Both the position numbers and the translations under genes were made by a program. A DNA stretch of 64,000 bases, taken from positions 22,010,001 through 22,074,000 of the forward strand of contig NC_135667.1 of NCBI RefSeq assembly GCF_964188315.1, given 5' to 3'. The notes under the pieces are model-generated. The model was not told the origin of the DNA, did not search any database, and was given only the letters and a program-made list of their open reading frames with translations. Origin of the DNA: Podarcis muralis (taxonomy: Eukaryota). Shown piece after piece: positions 11,612 to 24,043 of the stretch; the stretch's first letter is position 1, and each line of letters starts with the position of its first letter.

Positions 11612-12397
11612 CTGAAAAAGAAAATATTTGGTATTAATCAGGGAGAGTGAACACATATTCTGTAGAAATTATGTTTATCTGAACTATGTTTTAATTGTTA
11701 TTATTTAATATGCAATGGTTTTTGTATTCTAATGAACAACATATTAAATTTGATTATGAATTTTTCCTGTCTTGTCTGGTGAAAGCCCTATTAAGTAGTG
11801 TGTGTGGAGTTTTAACCGACATCTGCGAGGAACATTGTGTGTTAGAATACTATAATCTGTAAGCAAAATAAGGCTAGGAGTTATGGCTATTTTGTGTAGT
11901 GTTGGAAGGATTTTTTAAACCTTGGTGTAACAGATAAAAACCTCACATTTTAACTTCTAAACTAGATAGATATTATTTTCATTTTATTAAAATGCAAAGC
12001 ATAGTAATTTTGAAAGTCCTCTCCTGGAACAAAAAGTTGCAATCCCTGTTAATAGATAAAAAAATAGAGCAAAAACTCTAAACTTTATTTTTTTTAAATT
12101 TCCAATTATTTTTGTCTGTGCTGTTCTATTTAGGTTGGTCATGTATTCTCTTAATTTTTCATTTATTCCTTCTATCTCTGTAAATTTCCATTTTTATCAC
12201 GTAAATGTATCTGTATCATTGTGTGTTGTGTTAGATGAATAGATTGTGGGATCCAACTATCACAAAGAATCGGTCTCCTGCTTTTGCAACAATTGAAGGA
12301 TCTAAACACTCTTCAAAGACTGGACCAAGTTAAGTTCATTCCTAAAACTTTTTCTTTCAGGCTTATTGCCATTGATGATAAGTCAGAAAATCATTTT

Positions 12398-12465
<68 letters not shown>

Positions 12466-15400
12466 TTTGTATGTTTGTTTGAAGCTTGATCATACATTTG
12501 GAAGTTATCTTCTCTGATACTGTTACTAGTACTGCCCATTATCTAGCTTCTGTACAAAAGCCACTGTACTTAATACCCAACATATTTCCCTGACAGGGAC
12601 TCTGAGGCAAATAATCACAGACACAAACCAGTTTCTTCTTCAGCAACTACCTACAGGCTTAATAAACATTTCAATCACATGCTAAACCTGGTATATAGTC
12701 GTTAATTCGTAGGCACATTCCTATGAATTCCAGCTAAAGCTATTCACTTTTAAACTGTACAGTTTGTGCAGAATACACACCTTCCTGAGCCGAAATCTTC
12801 CCTTCTGGACATGGGATGCAATCATAACAGCAAAATGGCTCCCCATCTTTCACTCTTTTCCTAGTTCCGGGATGGCACCGCTCAGTGCATAAGGAAAGAG
12901 GCTGAGACTAATCCATACATGAGAACCCAGAATAGTAATTTTGAGAATTTTGAGATTAGAATATTTAAGGCAACTTTTAGGTGTTCTTAAGTGATGCTTT
13001 CTTTCAGGAATGTATCACTAATTTTCCTAATCAACATGATAATTATAGTACAACAGACTGTTAAGAAACCATCTTTTGGAAAGGATGGAGTTGGTTAATG
13101 GCGTAGATTCTGATTTCATGCATACACAAAACAGACAAGATATAGAGTTTTGCTTTTTATACTTCCCCCAAAAAACTTCTCAATTAATATAGATAGAAAT
13201 ATCTTTGCCATCCGTCCATCCATCCATCCATCCATTGTAGTTTTTCTGTTTTCTAAAAAGTTACAAACCAGACCATTGAGACTTACCTGGTTAAAATGGT
13301 TGGGCCAAGTTATGGCATCCCCATTGATGGTCAACTGTTGGTTGGGATCAACATTCCCAACCTTCACTCTATGAAATGATTGGTTTGAGGAAACAATCCA
13401 GTTGATCACATCAAATCCAGCCACTAACTCTCCATTCTCATCAAAGGAAATCTTGTCCCCACCACTGTTGTTAAAAGAGACACGTCTGAGAAAATTATGT
13501 AGCTGGTTTGAAGAGAAAAAGGGAAGAGTTCAGAAAAGGCTGCAGTTGGATAGTTGATAGTAAAGACATACCTTGTTTATGGTTTCTGAGTGAGAAAGTA
13601 TTCATGATACTTTGTAAAATACTCTTTGTAATTCCGAAAAGGAGGAAGAAATTCTAATGAATTGACTTTAAAGCACGTTAGGTTCTGAAGGTTTGGTTTC
13701 TATATTTTTCAGAGTGTTGAAACACGGTTAATGTTTCAATAGTCAATAAGGTTAACACCATTTTAGTTTGGGTTGACACAATCAGAGCCGACTTCTGACA
13801 CCAGAATATATTGATTAAAAAAATAAATAAAAATGTGATTCAACTGCCTAACTCATTAATGTATATGCACCCACTTGGAAGGTAGCATTAAAAATACAAC
13901 AAAAAAATATAAGATGAACATATAGAAACCTATACCAAGGGTAGTAAATTTTAATAAAGGTGGTAATGAAGAGGGCAGGGAGAGTTCTTATAAATTGACT
14001 TTAAAGCATGTTTCTGAAGTTTCTGAAACTTCTGTTTCTATGTATTATTATTTTTAAATAAAATATGTGACTTCAAGGGGCATACATATTCATGTAGATC
14101 TACTCCCAGAAGGCCTGGTTCAGGCTCATTAAGAAGAAGAGTTTGGATTTGATATCCTGCTTCATCACTATCCGAAGGAGTCTCATAACAAACACTCTGT
14201 GAGGTGAGTGGGACTGAGAGACTTCAAAGAAGTGTGACAAGCCCAAGGTCATCTAGCAGCTGCATGTGGAGGAGCGGAGACGCGAACATGGTTCACCAGA
14301 TTACGACTACACCAAACTGGCTCTTAATTTAACAGAATGAATTAGATGCACCAAATTCATAACAGAATTTCTACCTATTACAAAATATGGAGCAGGACTT
14401 TCACTAAAACTGCCATTAGCCCCAGTCAATATAGAAAAAGTTCTGGGATGATGGGAATTGTAGTCAAACAACATCTGGAGGGCATGACTGGTTAGGTGGA
14501 CTTGGCGAGTTGAGAAAATCAAACAGTAATTTGGAAACCATCCAGAAATTTAAGGGAGGAAAGGAAGAAGAGTTATTAAAGCGATATATGTTATATACCT
14601 TAAGATGGGAAGGAATTGGGGACACATTAAGGACACAAATTAAGGACTATTGTAGTACACTTATGGTGCTCTGCCTCTTGATAATGTTGAGCATGTTACC
14701 TGCCACAATTGTTGATTCGGGTACTTCCATCCACCTCTTGTTTCCATTACTTGATATTTGAATCTAGTTGAAGACATGTAATGCAAAGCATGGGCTACAG
14801 AGCAGACAGCATTGTAGATGCTGTAGCTGTGGCCATTCATGCTCATCTCAAAGAATGGAGCAGGAAGGCTCTCTAGTTTCTCCTCCCCAGTACAAATATT
14901 CCCCATCACATCTTCCACATTTGGATCTGCAAATACACAGTCAAAGGCCTGTTGCCAGAAGTCTCTGATGAAACCATCTCCTTTTGTGCTTAAAGGATTT
15001 TTGCTCTCAACAAATGCTTTGAATGCTGGTAGATCATTGGAATGGATAGTGAAGGACAGGACACCATGGAATATTTCTGTGTCCAAATTCTTTTGATAGA
15101 GCTGTGAAGTGAGCTCCATTGCAGCTGTTGTTATCCACACTATACCTTTTGGTAGACTTGGTGGATGTTCTGCAAAATACGGAATCCATCTCAAAATCAT
15201 CATTGAATAAGAGTCACCATAAAACACAACCACACTGGCTGTACTATTCAGAAGTTCATTATGTATTTTTAATCCATATTCAAGAATTTCATCAAATTCA
15301 GTGGCAGACCTAAACATAGGGATTCTTTTTATAAAGTCAAAGCAGATACCCCTCTGGGAAAATTTTGGTAAAGCAGTTTGCAAAATCATTTCACCATTTT

Positions 15401-18400
15401 CATTATCCATTACTAGTACTCCAATCCATATCCATTTGAAATAAAGAAGCAAAGAGATAATTCCTGTGTATTGAAGTGCTTGATGAGGAACCATCTGGTA
15501 GAAAGAAATTCCTGGGTTTCCATCTGTTTTCAATGGAGCAGAGCCATATATGAGCTAAAGGAATTTTAGGGGAGAGAAAGAAAAGTTGTAAAAATAGAAT
15601 GCATATTGCATATTAAAGTTTTCAATAGCGTTCATGGAAATAGGAAACCACTGCTTTCACCTTTGCTTATGGAAGCCAACTATAGAATCTCATACAATTG
15701 AAGAATGCTAAAGTAGGGAATCAAGAATTAAAAGGAACAACTGGCAAGTTTGGCCTTGGAGATCAAAATGAAGCAGGGCAAAGGCTAATCTAGTTCTGTC
15801 AAGAGAACAAGCTGGTCATCACAAACACTCCTTTCCAACAACAAAAGAGATGACTCTACACATGGACATCACCAGATGGGCAGCATCAAAATCACATTGA
15901 TTATATTCTCTGCAGCCAAAGATGGAGAAGCTCTATACAGTCAGCAAAAACAAGACCTGGAGCTGACTGTGGCTCAGATCATCAGCTTCTTATAGCAAAA
16001 TTCAAACTTAAACTGAAGAAAGTAGGAAAAACCACTGGGCCGGTAAAATACAATCTAAATCAAATCCCTTATGAATACACAGTGGGAGTGAGGAACAGGT
16101 TTAAGGATTTAGATTTGATGGACAGAGTGCCTGAAGAACTATGGATGGAGGCTCGCAACATTATACAGGAGGCAACAACAAAAGCCATCCCAATGAAAAG
16201 GAAATGCAAGAAAGCAAAGTGGCTGTCCAATGAGGCCTTACAAATAGCGGGGGAGAGAAGACAAGCAAAATGCAAGAGAAATAGAGAAAGATACAGGAAA
16301 TTGAATGCAGATTTCCAAAAAATAGAAAGGAGAGACAAGAAGGCATTCTTAAATGAGCAATGCAAAGAAATAGAGGAAAACAACAGAATGGGAAGAACCA
16401 GAGATCTGTTCAAGAAAACTGGAGATATGAAAGGAACATTTCGTTCAAAGATTACCATAATAAAGGACAAAAGTGGCAAGGACCTAACAGAAGCAGAAGA
16501 CATCAAGAAGAAGTGGCAAGAATACACAGAGGAATTATACCAGAAAGAAATGGATGGCTTGTACACACCAGGTAGTGTGGTTGCTGACCTTGAGCCAGGT
16601 ATCCTGCAGTGAAGTCAAATGGGCCTTAGAAAGCACTGCAAATAACAAGGCCAGTGGAAGTGATGGTATTCCAGCTGAACCATTTAAAATTTTAAAAGAT
16701 GATGCTGTTAAGGTGCTACACTCAATATGCCAACAAGTTTGGAAAACTCAGCAGTGGCCAGAGGATTGGAGAAGATCAATCTACATCCCAATGCCAAAGA
16801 ACGGCAGTGCTAAAGAATGCTCCAACTACCGCACAATTGCACTCATTTCATACGCTAGCAAGGTTATGCTTAAAATTCTACAAGGAAGGCTCAAGCAGTA
16901 TGTGGACTGAGAACTCCCAGAAGTGCAAACTGGATTTAGAAAAGGGGAAGAACCAGAGACCAAATTGCAAACATGCGCTGGATTATGGAGAAAGCTAGAG
17001 AGTTCCAGAAAGACATCTACTTCTGCTTCATTGACTATGCAAAAGCCTTTGACTGTGTCAACCACAGCAAACTATGGCAAGTTCTTAAAGAAATGGGAGT
17101 GCCTGATCACCTCATCTGTCTCCTCAGAAATCTCTATGTGGGACAAGAAGCTACAGTTAGAACTGGATATGGAACAACTGATTGGTTCAAAATTGGAAAA
17201 GCAGTACGACAAGGCTGTATTTTGTCTCCCTGCATATTTAACTTATATGCAGAATTCATCATGCGAAAGGCTGGGCTGGATAAATCCCTAGCCAGAATTA
17301 AGATTGTCAGAAGAAATATCAACGACCTCAGATATGCAGATGACACAACCTGGATGGCAGAAAGTGAGGAGAAATTAAAGAACCTTTTATTGAGGGTGAA
17401 AGAGGAGAGCACAAAATATGGTCTGAAGCTCAACATCAAAAAAATGAAGATCATGGCCACTGGGCACATCACCTCCTGGCAAATAGAAGGGGAAGAAATG
17501 GAGGCAGTGAGAGATTTTACTTTCTTGGGCTCCATGATCACTGCAGATGGTGACAGCAGCCACGACGGCTGCTTCTTGGGAGAAAAGCAATTACAAACCA
17601 AGACTGCATCTTAAAAAGCAGAGACATCACCTTGCCAACAAAGGTCCATATAGTAAAAGCTATGGTTTTCCCAGTAGTGATGTATGGAAGTGGGAGCTGG
17701 ACCATCAAGAAGGCTGATCGCCGAAGAATTGATGCTTTTGAATTATGGTGCTGGAGGAGACTCTTGAGAGTCCCATGGACTGCAAGAAGATCAAACCTCT
17801 CCATTCTGAGGGAAATCAGCCCTGAGTGCTCACTGGAAAGACAGATCGTGGAGCTGAGGCTCCAGTACTTTGGCCACCTCATGAGAAGAGAAGACTCCCT
17901 GGAAAAGACTGTGATGTTGGGAAAGATGGAGGGCACAAGGAGAAGGGGACGACAGAGGACGAGATGGTTGAATAGTGTCTTCGAAGCTACCAGCATGAGT
18001 TTGACCAAACTGCGGGAGACAGTGGAAGACAGGAGTGCCTGGCGTGCTCTGGTCCATGGGGTCCCAAAGAGTCAGACACGACTAAACGACTAAACAACAA
18101 CAACATTCCAATGCTCAAGTTAGGGATTCAAGGCTGAAAGAATATACACTGATCAATAGCCATCAAGTGGATTTATGGCTGAGAGGAAAATGCACTGAGG
18201 TTTTCCTGGCTCAAAGTTTGCATCTATAATTGCTAGATTACAGCAACACTCTCAGAGCAAAATTCTTATTGCCCAGTTAGGCACGTTATTTGACCAATGA
18301 CAGCAGCGAAATAAGGAAATATGAAACAAACCCCAACCAAATGCCAATCAGGTTGAGAAAAAAAATCATTTCCACCCAAACCCAAAATAGCACATTTAAA

Positions 18401-19983
18401 CTCCTGAAATAAATTCAGTAACACAAAGAAACAGCAGCACTCACAGCATCTTAAAAACCTTATCAGAAACAGGATCCTAAAACTCAGTTTGCATGTAAGA
18501 TTCATAAAAAGGAAGTCTCAGTATTTTTAAGGCCCACATTAATGTCTTGAAATAATAGTATAGGAAATGTGGAGGGTCACATAGAGGGAGGGAGGGAAAG
18601 AGAAAGCAGAGTTGACCTACCTGTGGAACCTTATAGTTTTTCAAGAGTGTCGCCACATTCATGGAAATTGGGGCATCCACTCCCCCAATGACTGCTATTA
18701 GATTTTTCTGTTGCTCACATATGTAGTTAGGGATCAATCTCTCCTCTGTGTATAAAAGTAGCATTGTAGCGTGATAAGTCCTCCTTGCATTGAAATAGCT
18801 GTCATAGATGTGGAAGCCCAAAGTGAGATTGGGTAAGAGGTGAGGGTTTTCATTGATCTCTTTGACTGTGAAAGCCAAAGCCAGGATGTGCTGGTAATGC
18901 TTAGGGACTATGCTGAAAGAAGTGTGAGATTCTTTTTCAGAAGGATATTCCATACTTAGTTTAGTTATTACCACCATTTTCTGTGTCTCCTTTATTAACA
19001 ATCAATTATTACAGTATTTATACATAAGTTGGATATACATATAAAAAAAATAACTATGTAAGCAGTCACATTTACAATATAAAACTCTCCATTCTGATTA
19101 AGTTTTTAGATTTTTATCATTTATTTCATTATAAAGCTTATTTGAAAATCGAGTTAAAATATAACAAAACAGATGGGATGGTGTTTATTTTTTAAAGCTG
19201 TCAGATGGAGCAGACTGAGGGGGCAACACTATGGTAAAATCCACAAGGAGGAGCATTTTAGGATGCACTGGATCTCTGGATCAACCATGCTCAGTTGGCA
19301 TTAAGTCCCCAACCCCAGTTCAGTTGAACATACTGTAAATGAGCATAACTTGATCATCTCAACCAAGCTGGTTTAAGACTGAAAAAGGGAGCATTCCAGG
19401 AGCAAGGCAGAGGTGGAATCAGAGAGCGGAGACTTTGTTAGATCCTAAGCATGTCCAGCTTGGTCATGTGACCTGGTAACCTGGCATAGTACATATTTTA
19501 AAAGCAGGTTTTCCCTAAGCCAGGCATGGACAGAATATCAGCAGGAGCCCTGCTGCCGAACAGGGTTTAGATCTGGAGTAACTTTATGCCGCATTAATTT
19601 GCTGTATCTTAATTCCCACTAGCTTTTGGTGGATAGGATTTCTCCCTATATTTTTTGTTCTTTAGCTGCAGCTCTAGCACAAATTATCTAAGTGGCAGTT
19701 TTTATTGTATAAAATAAATTAATACAATATTTGGAAAGAAAATCAAACAATCATTTCGGCCTTACACAAATAGATCTGTCAATGTTGGCAGGGGTTCTTC
19801 CCTGAAGGCTAATTCACTGACGATGGCACTAGCATGATAAGCAATTCCACCAATTATGAAGTCTCCTAATTGATGATATTTGTGAAGTGGAGGCTGTGGG
19901 TAATAGATATTGCACTGAACAGCATGGGTCTTGAATTCCATGGGAGGAAGCAGAGGCAGCAGCAAAATGACTAAAACCACCAT
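10710..19983 (-). CDS. Vmn2r: V2R gene 2, complete, 869 aa, Y-type 7TM exon
   Basis: Exons 19983-19766, 18912-18621, 15554-14700, 13502-13287, 12907-12781, 11611-10710 total 2610 nt, in frame. Confidence 0.93.
12400..12465. repeat. (CT)n(GT)n microsatellite
   Basis: Direct. Confidence 0.97.
12781..12907 (-). CDS. Vmn2r: V2R gene 2 exon 5
   Basis: 127 nt cysteine-rich exon; donor is gtgtgt rather than gtgagt. Confidence 0.88.
13287..13502 (-). CDS. Vmn2r: V2R gene 2 exon 4
   Basis: 216 nt, CAG acceptor, gtaagt donor. Confidence 0.92.
14133..14323 (-). mobile_element. Paralogous copy of the same SINE insertion, gene 2 intron 3
   Basis: Same flanks as 1881-2100; internal deletion. Confidence 0.8.
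14700..15554 (-). CDS. Vmn2r: V2R gene 2 exon 3
   Basis: 855 nt, open (within ORF 14661..15533 plus 5' codons). Confidence 0.93.
15703..18105 (+). mobile_element. 5'-truncated RTE-BovB LINE in gene 2 intron 2
   Basis: Starts at the NAKVG codons of the endonuclease, has YADD RT remnant and (CAA)n tail; no TSD. Confidence 0.94.
18621..18912 (-). CDS. Vmn2r: V2R gene 2 exon 2
   Basis: 292 nt, same splice sites as gene 1. Confidence 0.92.
19766..19983 (-). CDS. Vmn2r: V2R gene 2 exon 1
   Basis: [20 protein letters not shown]...; 218 nt. Confidence 0.88.
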
Positions 19984-21493
19984 CCTCGGTACAGAAGTCT
20001 GAAGCCTGGAATATCCAAGAGCAGAGCTGTGAACTCTTGTCTTTTCCCAGTGCCACTCCATATCTCTCAATTGAACTGGATATATTTATGACAACCTTCA
20101 CACTCTTTGCTCTCTGTTATGCTAACAGCCAAGGAAGTTCCCAGGGGTTTGGCTGAACATCATAATTAATGACCGTCCTTCTGACTAACTAATTGTGTAG
20201 TTAATTATTACATTAACAACAATTCCGAAATGGAGGATGTGGAGTCCTTTAGGAATTAAGAAAAGTTGTTTGTCACATATTTTGGAAAGAAGATTTCCCT
20301 CACTCTTTAGTTAGTTAGGAAGGCATGGTGAAGTTTGGAATGACTCACAGCATGAAGAGGACACTGGATTCAAATCTTTGTGGTAGGGGTTAGCAACAAA
20401 GTAGTCATGGATGCCTTATGCCTGTGTCTCCTTACAATTGCAACATGAGCAGTCTCAATAAATGCTCCCTCATAAATCCACATTAAACAAGAGGATGTTG
20501 ATCAGAATATAATGGGGGGGGGGCAGCTGAGAGGCATTAATCCCCTTAATGCACCCCTTTTATCAGACAGCTATGAGTTTGAATGTCAATTATGAGACGC
20601 TTTGTAAGATGAACCTGTGATCCATCAAGCTATGGGCACTGACTGAGCCCTATATGTATTCTCGTCTGGCTGTCAGCTGTTGTCACTTGCTTAAGGAAGG
20701 ACAATCAGGAGAGAGTCTATCTAAATTCTCTATGGAGGGAGTTCCCAAATCTGTGTGTAGCCACTGAGAAGGCCATTTCCTGCTTCACTACCAAGTGAAC
20801 CTGTGAGGGTGGCAAGAACTAGAAAAGGACTTCCCCCAAAGATCTCGACACCTGGGCTATTGAGGCCATCGACAGTGCACATATGGAGGCAAATAATGTG
20901 AATAAAAGGTGACTCTTTCAAATAAAAATTCTTCAGTGCAAAAACATGGTTCAAAAGATTTACTACACAACTTTACTCTGAAGCAACGGGAAACAAATAA
21001 AGTTACATTCAGATAGTTGAATAATGTCTTATACTTGTCCAAGCATAGCACACTTGGATTCCAAATATATATATATTCAAGTGCTAAAATTCCTTTGTCT
21101 TTCCTCCATTCCAGTCTCCATTAGCCTGAGGCTCTTTTCTTGGAGATAGATAAGCAAATGGACTTGTAACACTAGAGGTTTCATGTGATTCTAAGCTAAA
21201 CACCTTGTGATGCACCCAGATGAGATTTAGCCCCACTTAATCATAAACTGCTAGACTCTTCTCTCAACTCTTCTTTAGCTTCAATAGAAGTTTCCATGCT
21301 ATGCATCACAATCTAAATACCAACACATTACAGATTTATTTTCCATTGCAGTGTACAATTCAACAATTTTATTTAACACAGAAGCTCGCAATATATAAAA
21401 GGAAAGAAGATAACATAGCAGAACAAGCCCATTTTAACCCCTTGTCTGGTGACCACTCTTCATGCATGCATGCATTCTATGCACTCAAATTCT

Positions 21494-22219
21494 TCAGGTC
21501 TTATTTCTTATTAGATGTTCCCTTTCGTTCAACTCAGGCCGCAACACAATAATGTAGCATTTTGGTGCAAAGATGCAACCTAGCAGACCAGCACCAGATG
21601 CTAAGATAGAAAACATCTCCACAGCAACCGTGTATTTTCCCTTGGTACTGAGGTAGGTTGGAACAAAAGATACCCAAACACTGCAAAAGACCAACATGCT
21701 GAAAGTGATGAACTTTGCTTCATTGAAACTGTCAGGTAACTTCCTGGCAAAGAAAGCTACAGTGAAGCTGACAAGAGCCAGGAAGCCCATGTAGCTCAAG
21801 ACAGAGTAAAACATAGTCACGGAGCCCTCATTACATTCCAGTACAATTTCTTTAGTGATTGAGTGCATGGCAACATCTGGAAATGGGGGCAAAGATGCCA
21901 GCCACACAGTACAGATGCCTGCTTGAATAAAGGAACAGGAAACCACAATGGCAATAGCCAGTCTCTTCCCCACCCAGTTCCTCATCCTCGATCCTGGCTT
22001 GGTGGATGTGCTTTTTGCTTTGACAATGGGTGTGTGGTGGTGCTTCAAAAATGTTCCCAGGACCAAAGCTGTGATGAAGGAAAAAAGTAAAAGCAAAGCA
22101 GGCTAAACTGATGCCCAGAGGTTCCTCATAGGACAAAAAGGTTGTTTCCTTGGGAATACACATATCCTGATTATTATTTGAATATTTTTCTTCTGAGCAT
22201 ATATTACACTTGTTCACGT
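21494..22219 (-). pseudogene. Orphan X-type V2R exon 6, disabled
   Basis: Intact acceptor but +1 frameshift in the A-run near 22081 and an internal deletion of about 177 nt net near 22005-22015 (removes NNKDL...VLAFMA); no exons 1-5 of its own. Confidence 0.9.
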
Positions 22220-22286
22220 CTGAAAATGAAAATATGTGGTCTTAATCAGACAAAGTGAACACATATTCTGTAGAAATCATGAATTA

Positions 22287-22876
22287 TGTTGCGCCCCAGG
22301 CCCCCAAGCCCTTTCCCAGTAAATAACTTCAAACAGACACATCATCTTAGTTTTAAGTTTTTGTGCAAAATTTAGGCCACAACTTTATTACGTGGTATTG
22401 TCCTAGGCATTGTTCAGGGACTATAACTGACTCCTGCCTCTCTGGTTGACAGTCTGTAAGGGTAAACAACAAGCTGAGAGAGCAACATTGTTGAAGATCG
22501 ATTGAAGCTCATCCTGGTGTTCCTGTGGTCCTGGCATGGCCCTAGTCCCTCAAGCGGACTTCGGGCGAGATCCAGGACCCCCAGATTCCTTTACCGGAAT
22601 ACCCTATTTCTGGAGGGGCATGTGATGGCCACACCTTCCTTCCCACACATTTCTATAAACCAATGCCTAACCACCAAACCTTACAAAGTTGTGACGATTG
22701 CTAAGGGGGTAGGCGAAAACCAAGTGGCTAAAGCCAATCTGCCAAATGGAAAAATTCCTACCCAGACCCTGCTCCAAAGGAGGCGACCCAATCCAAAGCA
22801 AGGCCCAAACAGTAGCACCTAAAATAGGGAGGGATGGAGGGTGTTCGGCAGCGCGAAGTAAGTGCCCCACCCCCAT
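22287..22876 (-). mobile_element. Truncated element A next to the orphan exon
   Basis: Same left junction as genes 4/5; broken at ccccacccccat where the Y-type 3' flank begins. Confidence 0.6.
22384..22389 (-). terminator. Candidate poly(A) signal for gene 3, supplied by element A
   Basis: First minus-strand AATAAA that I can find after the stop at 23142. Confidence 0.45.
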
Positions 22877-23141
22877 CCTAAGGGGTCCAAAAGGGCTACA
22901 GGAAAGAAAGTAATGTAACCCCCAAGTAAATGGGGAGTTGCCTGAACAATAAATGGAGGGGCAGGATACATATATCCCCCCTCTCTTTTTGGCTGCAAAA
23001 TCTTAATTAAATTCTCCAAATAAAATTTAAATGTTCAGAGAATGTGGGGGGCTATGGGAAAAATTATATAGTTCAACATTTTTTATAAATAAAAAACTAA
23101 CAAGCAAGCAAAATAAAGTACATTGAAGGCACTCAGATTCC

Positions 23142-24043
23142 TTAGGTCTTATTTCTTATTAGATGTTCCCTGTTATTTAGTTTAGGCCGCAACACAATAA
23201 TATAGCATTTGGGGGCAAAGATGAATCCCAGGAGACCAGCACCAGAGGCTAAGATAGAAAAGATCTCCACTGCAACCATGTATTTCCCCCTGGTACTGAG
23301 GTAGGAGGGAATAAAGGACAGCCAAACACTGCAAAAGAGCAACATGCTGAAAGTGATAAACTTGGCTTCATTGAAACTGTCAGGTAACTTCCGGGCAAGG
23401 AAAGCCACAGTGAAGCTGACAAGAGCCAGGAAGCCCATGTAGCCCAGGACACAGTAAAACATAGTCACGGATCCCTCATTGCATTCCAGTACAATTTCTT
23501 GAAGCATTGAGTTCATGTCAACATCTGGGAATGGGGGTGAGGATGCTAACCACACAGTACAGATGCCTCCTTGAATAAAAGAACAGGAAACCACAATGGC
23601 AATAGACAGTCTCTTCCCCACCCACTTCCTCATCTTGGATCCTGGCTTGGTGGCCATAAAAGCTAAAACCACTGTCATGGTTTTTGCCAACACGCAAGAA
23701 ACAGCCACTGAAAAGATGGTGCCAAAAGCAGTTTGTCGGAAGAGGCATGTCACCTTCTCAGGCTTTCCCATGAATAGCAATGCACAAAGGAAGCAGAAGA
23801 GAAGGGCAATGAGGAGAGTGTAGGTGAGGTCCCGATTGTTGGCTTTGACAATGGGTGTGTGGTGGTGCTTCAAAAATGTTCCCAGAACCAAAGCTGTGAT
23901 GAAGGAAAAAGCAAAAGCACTGCAGGCTAAACTGATGCCCAGAGGTTCTTCATAGGATAAAAAGGTTATTTCCTTGGGAATACACATATCCTGATTACTA
24001 TTTGGACATTTTTCTTCTGAGCATATATTACACTCATTCATGT
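23142..24043 (-). CDS. Vmn2r: V2R gene 3 exon 6 (7TM, Y type)
   Basis: ORF 23142..24041, three amino acid differences from gene 2 exon 6. Confidence 0.95.

Noticed and set aside
12345-12365. Strong plus-strand acceptor-like ttttctttcag|G in intron 5
   Set aside because: No matching donor or ORF; it is deleted in gene 1.
22502-22822. Recurrent 106-aa ORF MKLI(L/P)VFLWSWHG (also 35808, 46841)
   Set aside because: Lies inside element A, starts at TTG, and recurs only because the element was duplicated; no domain recognised.
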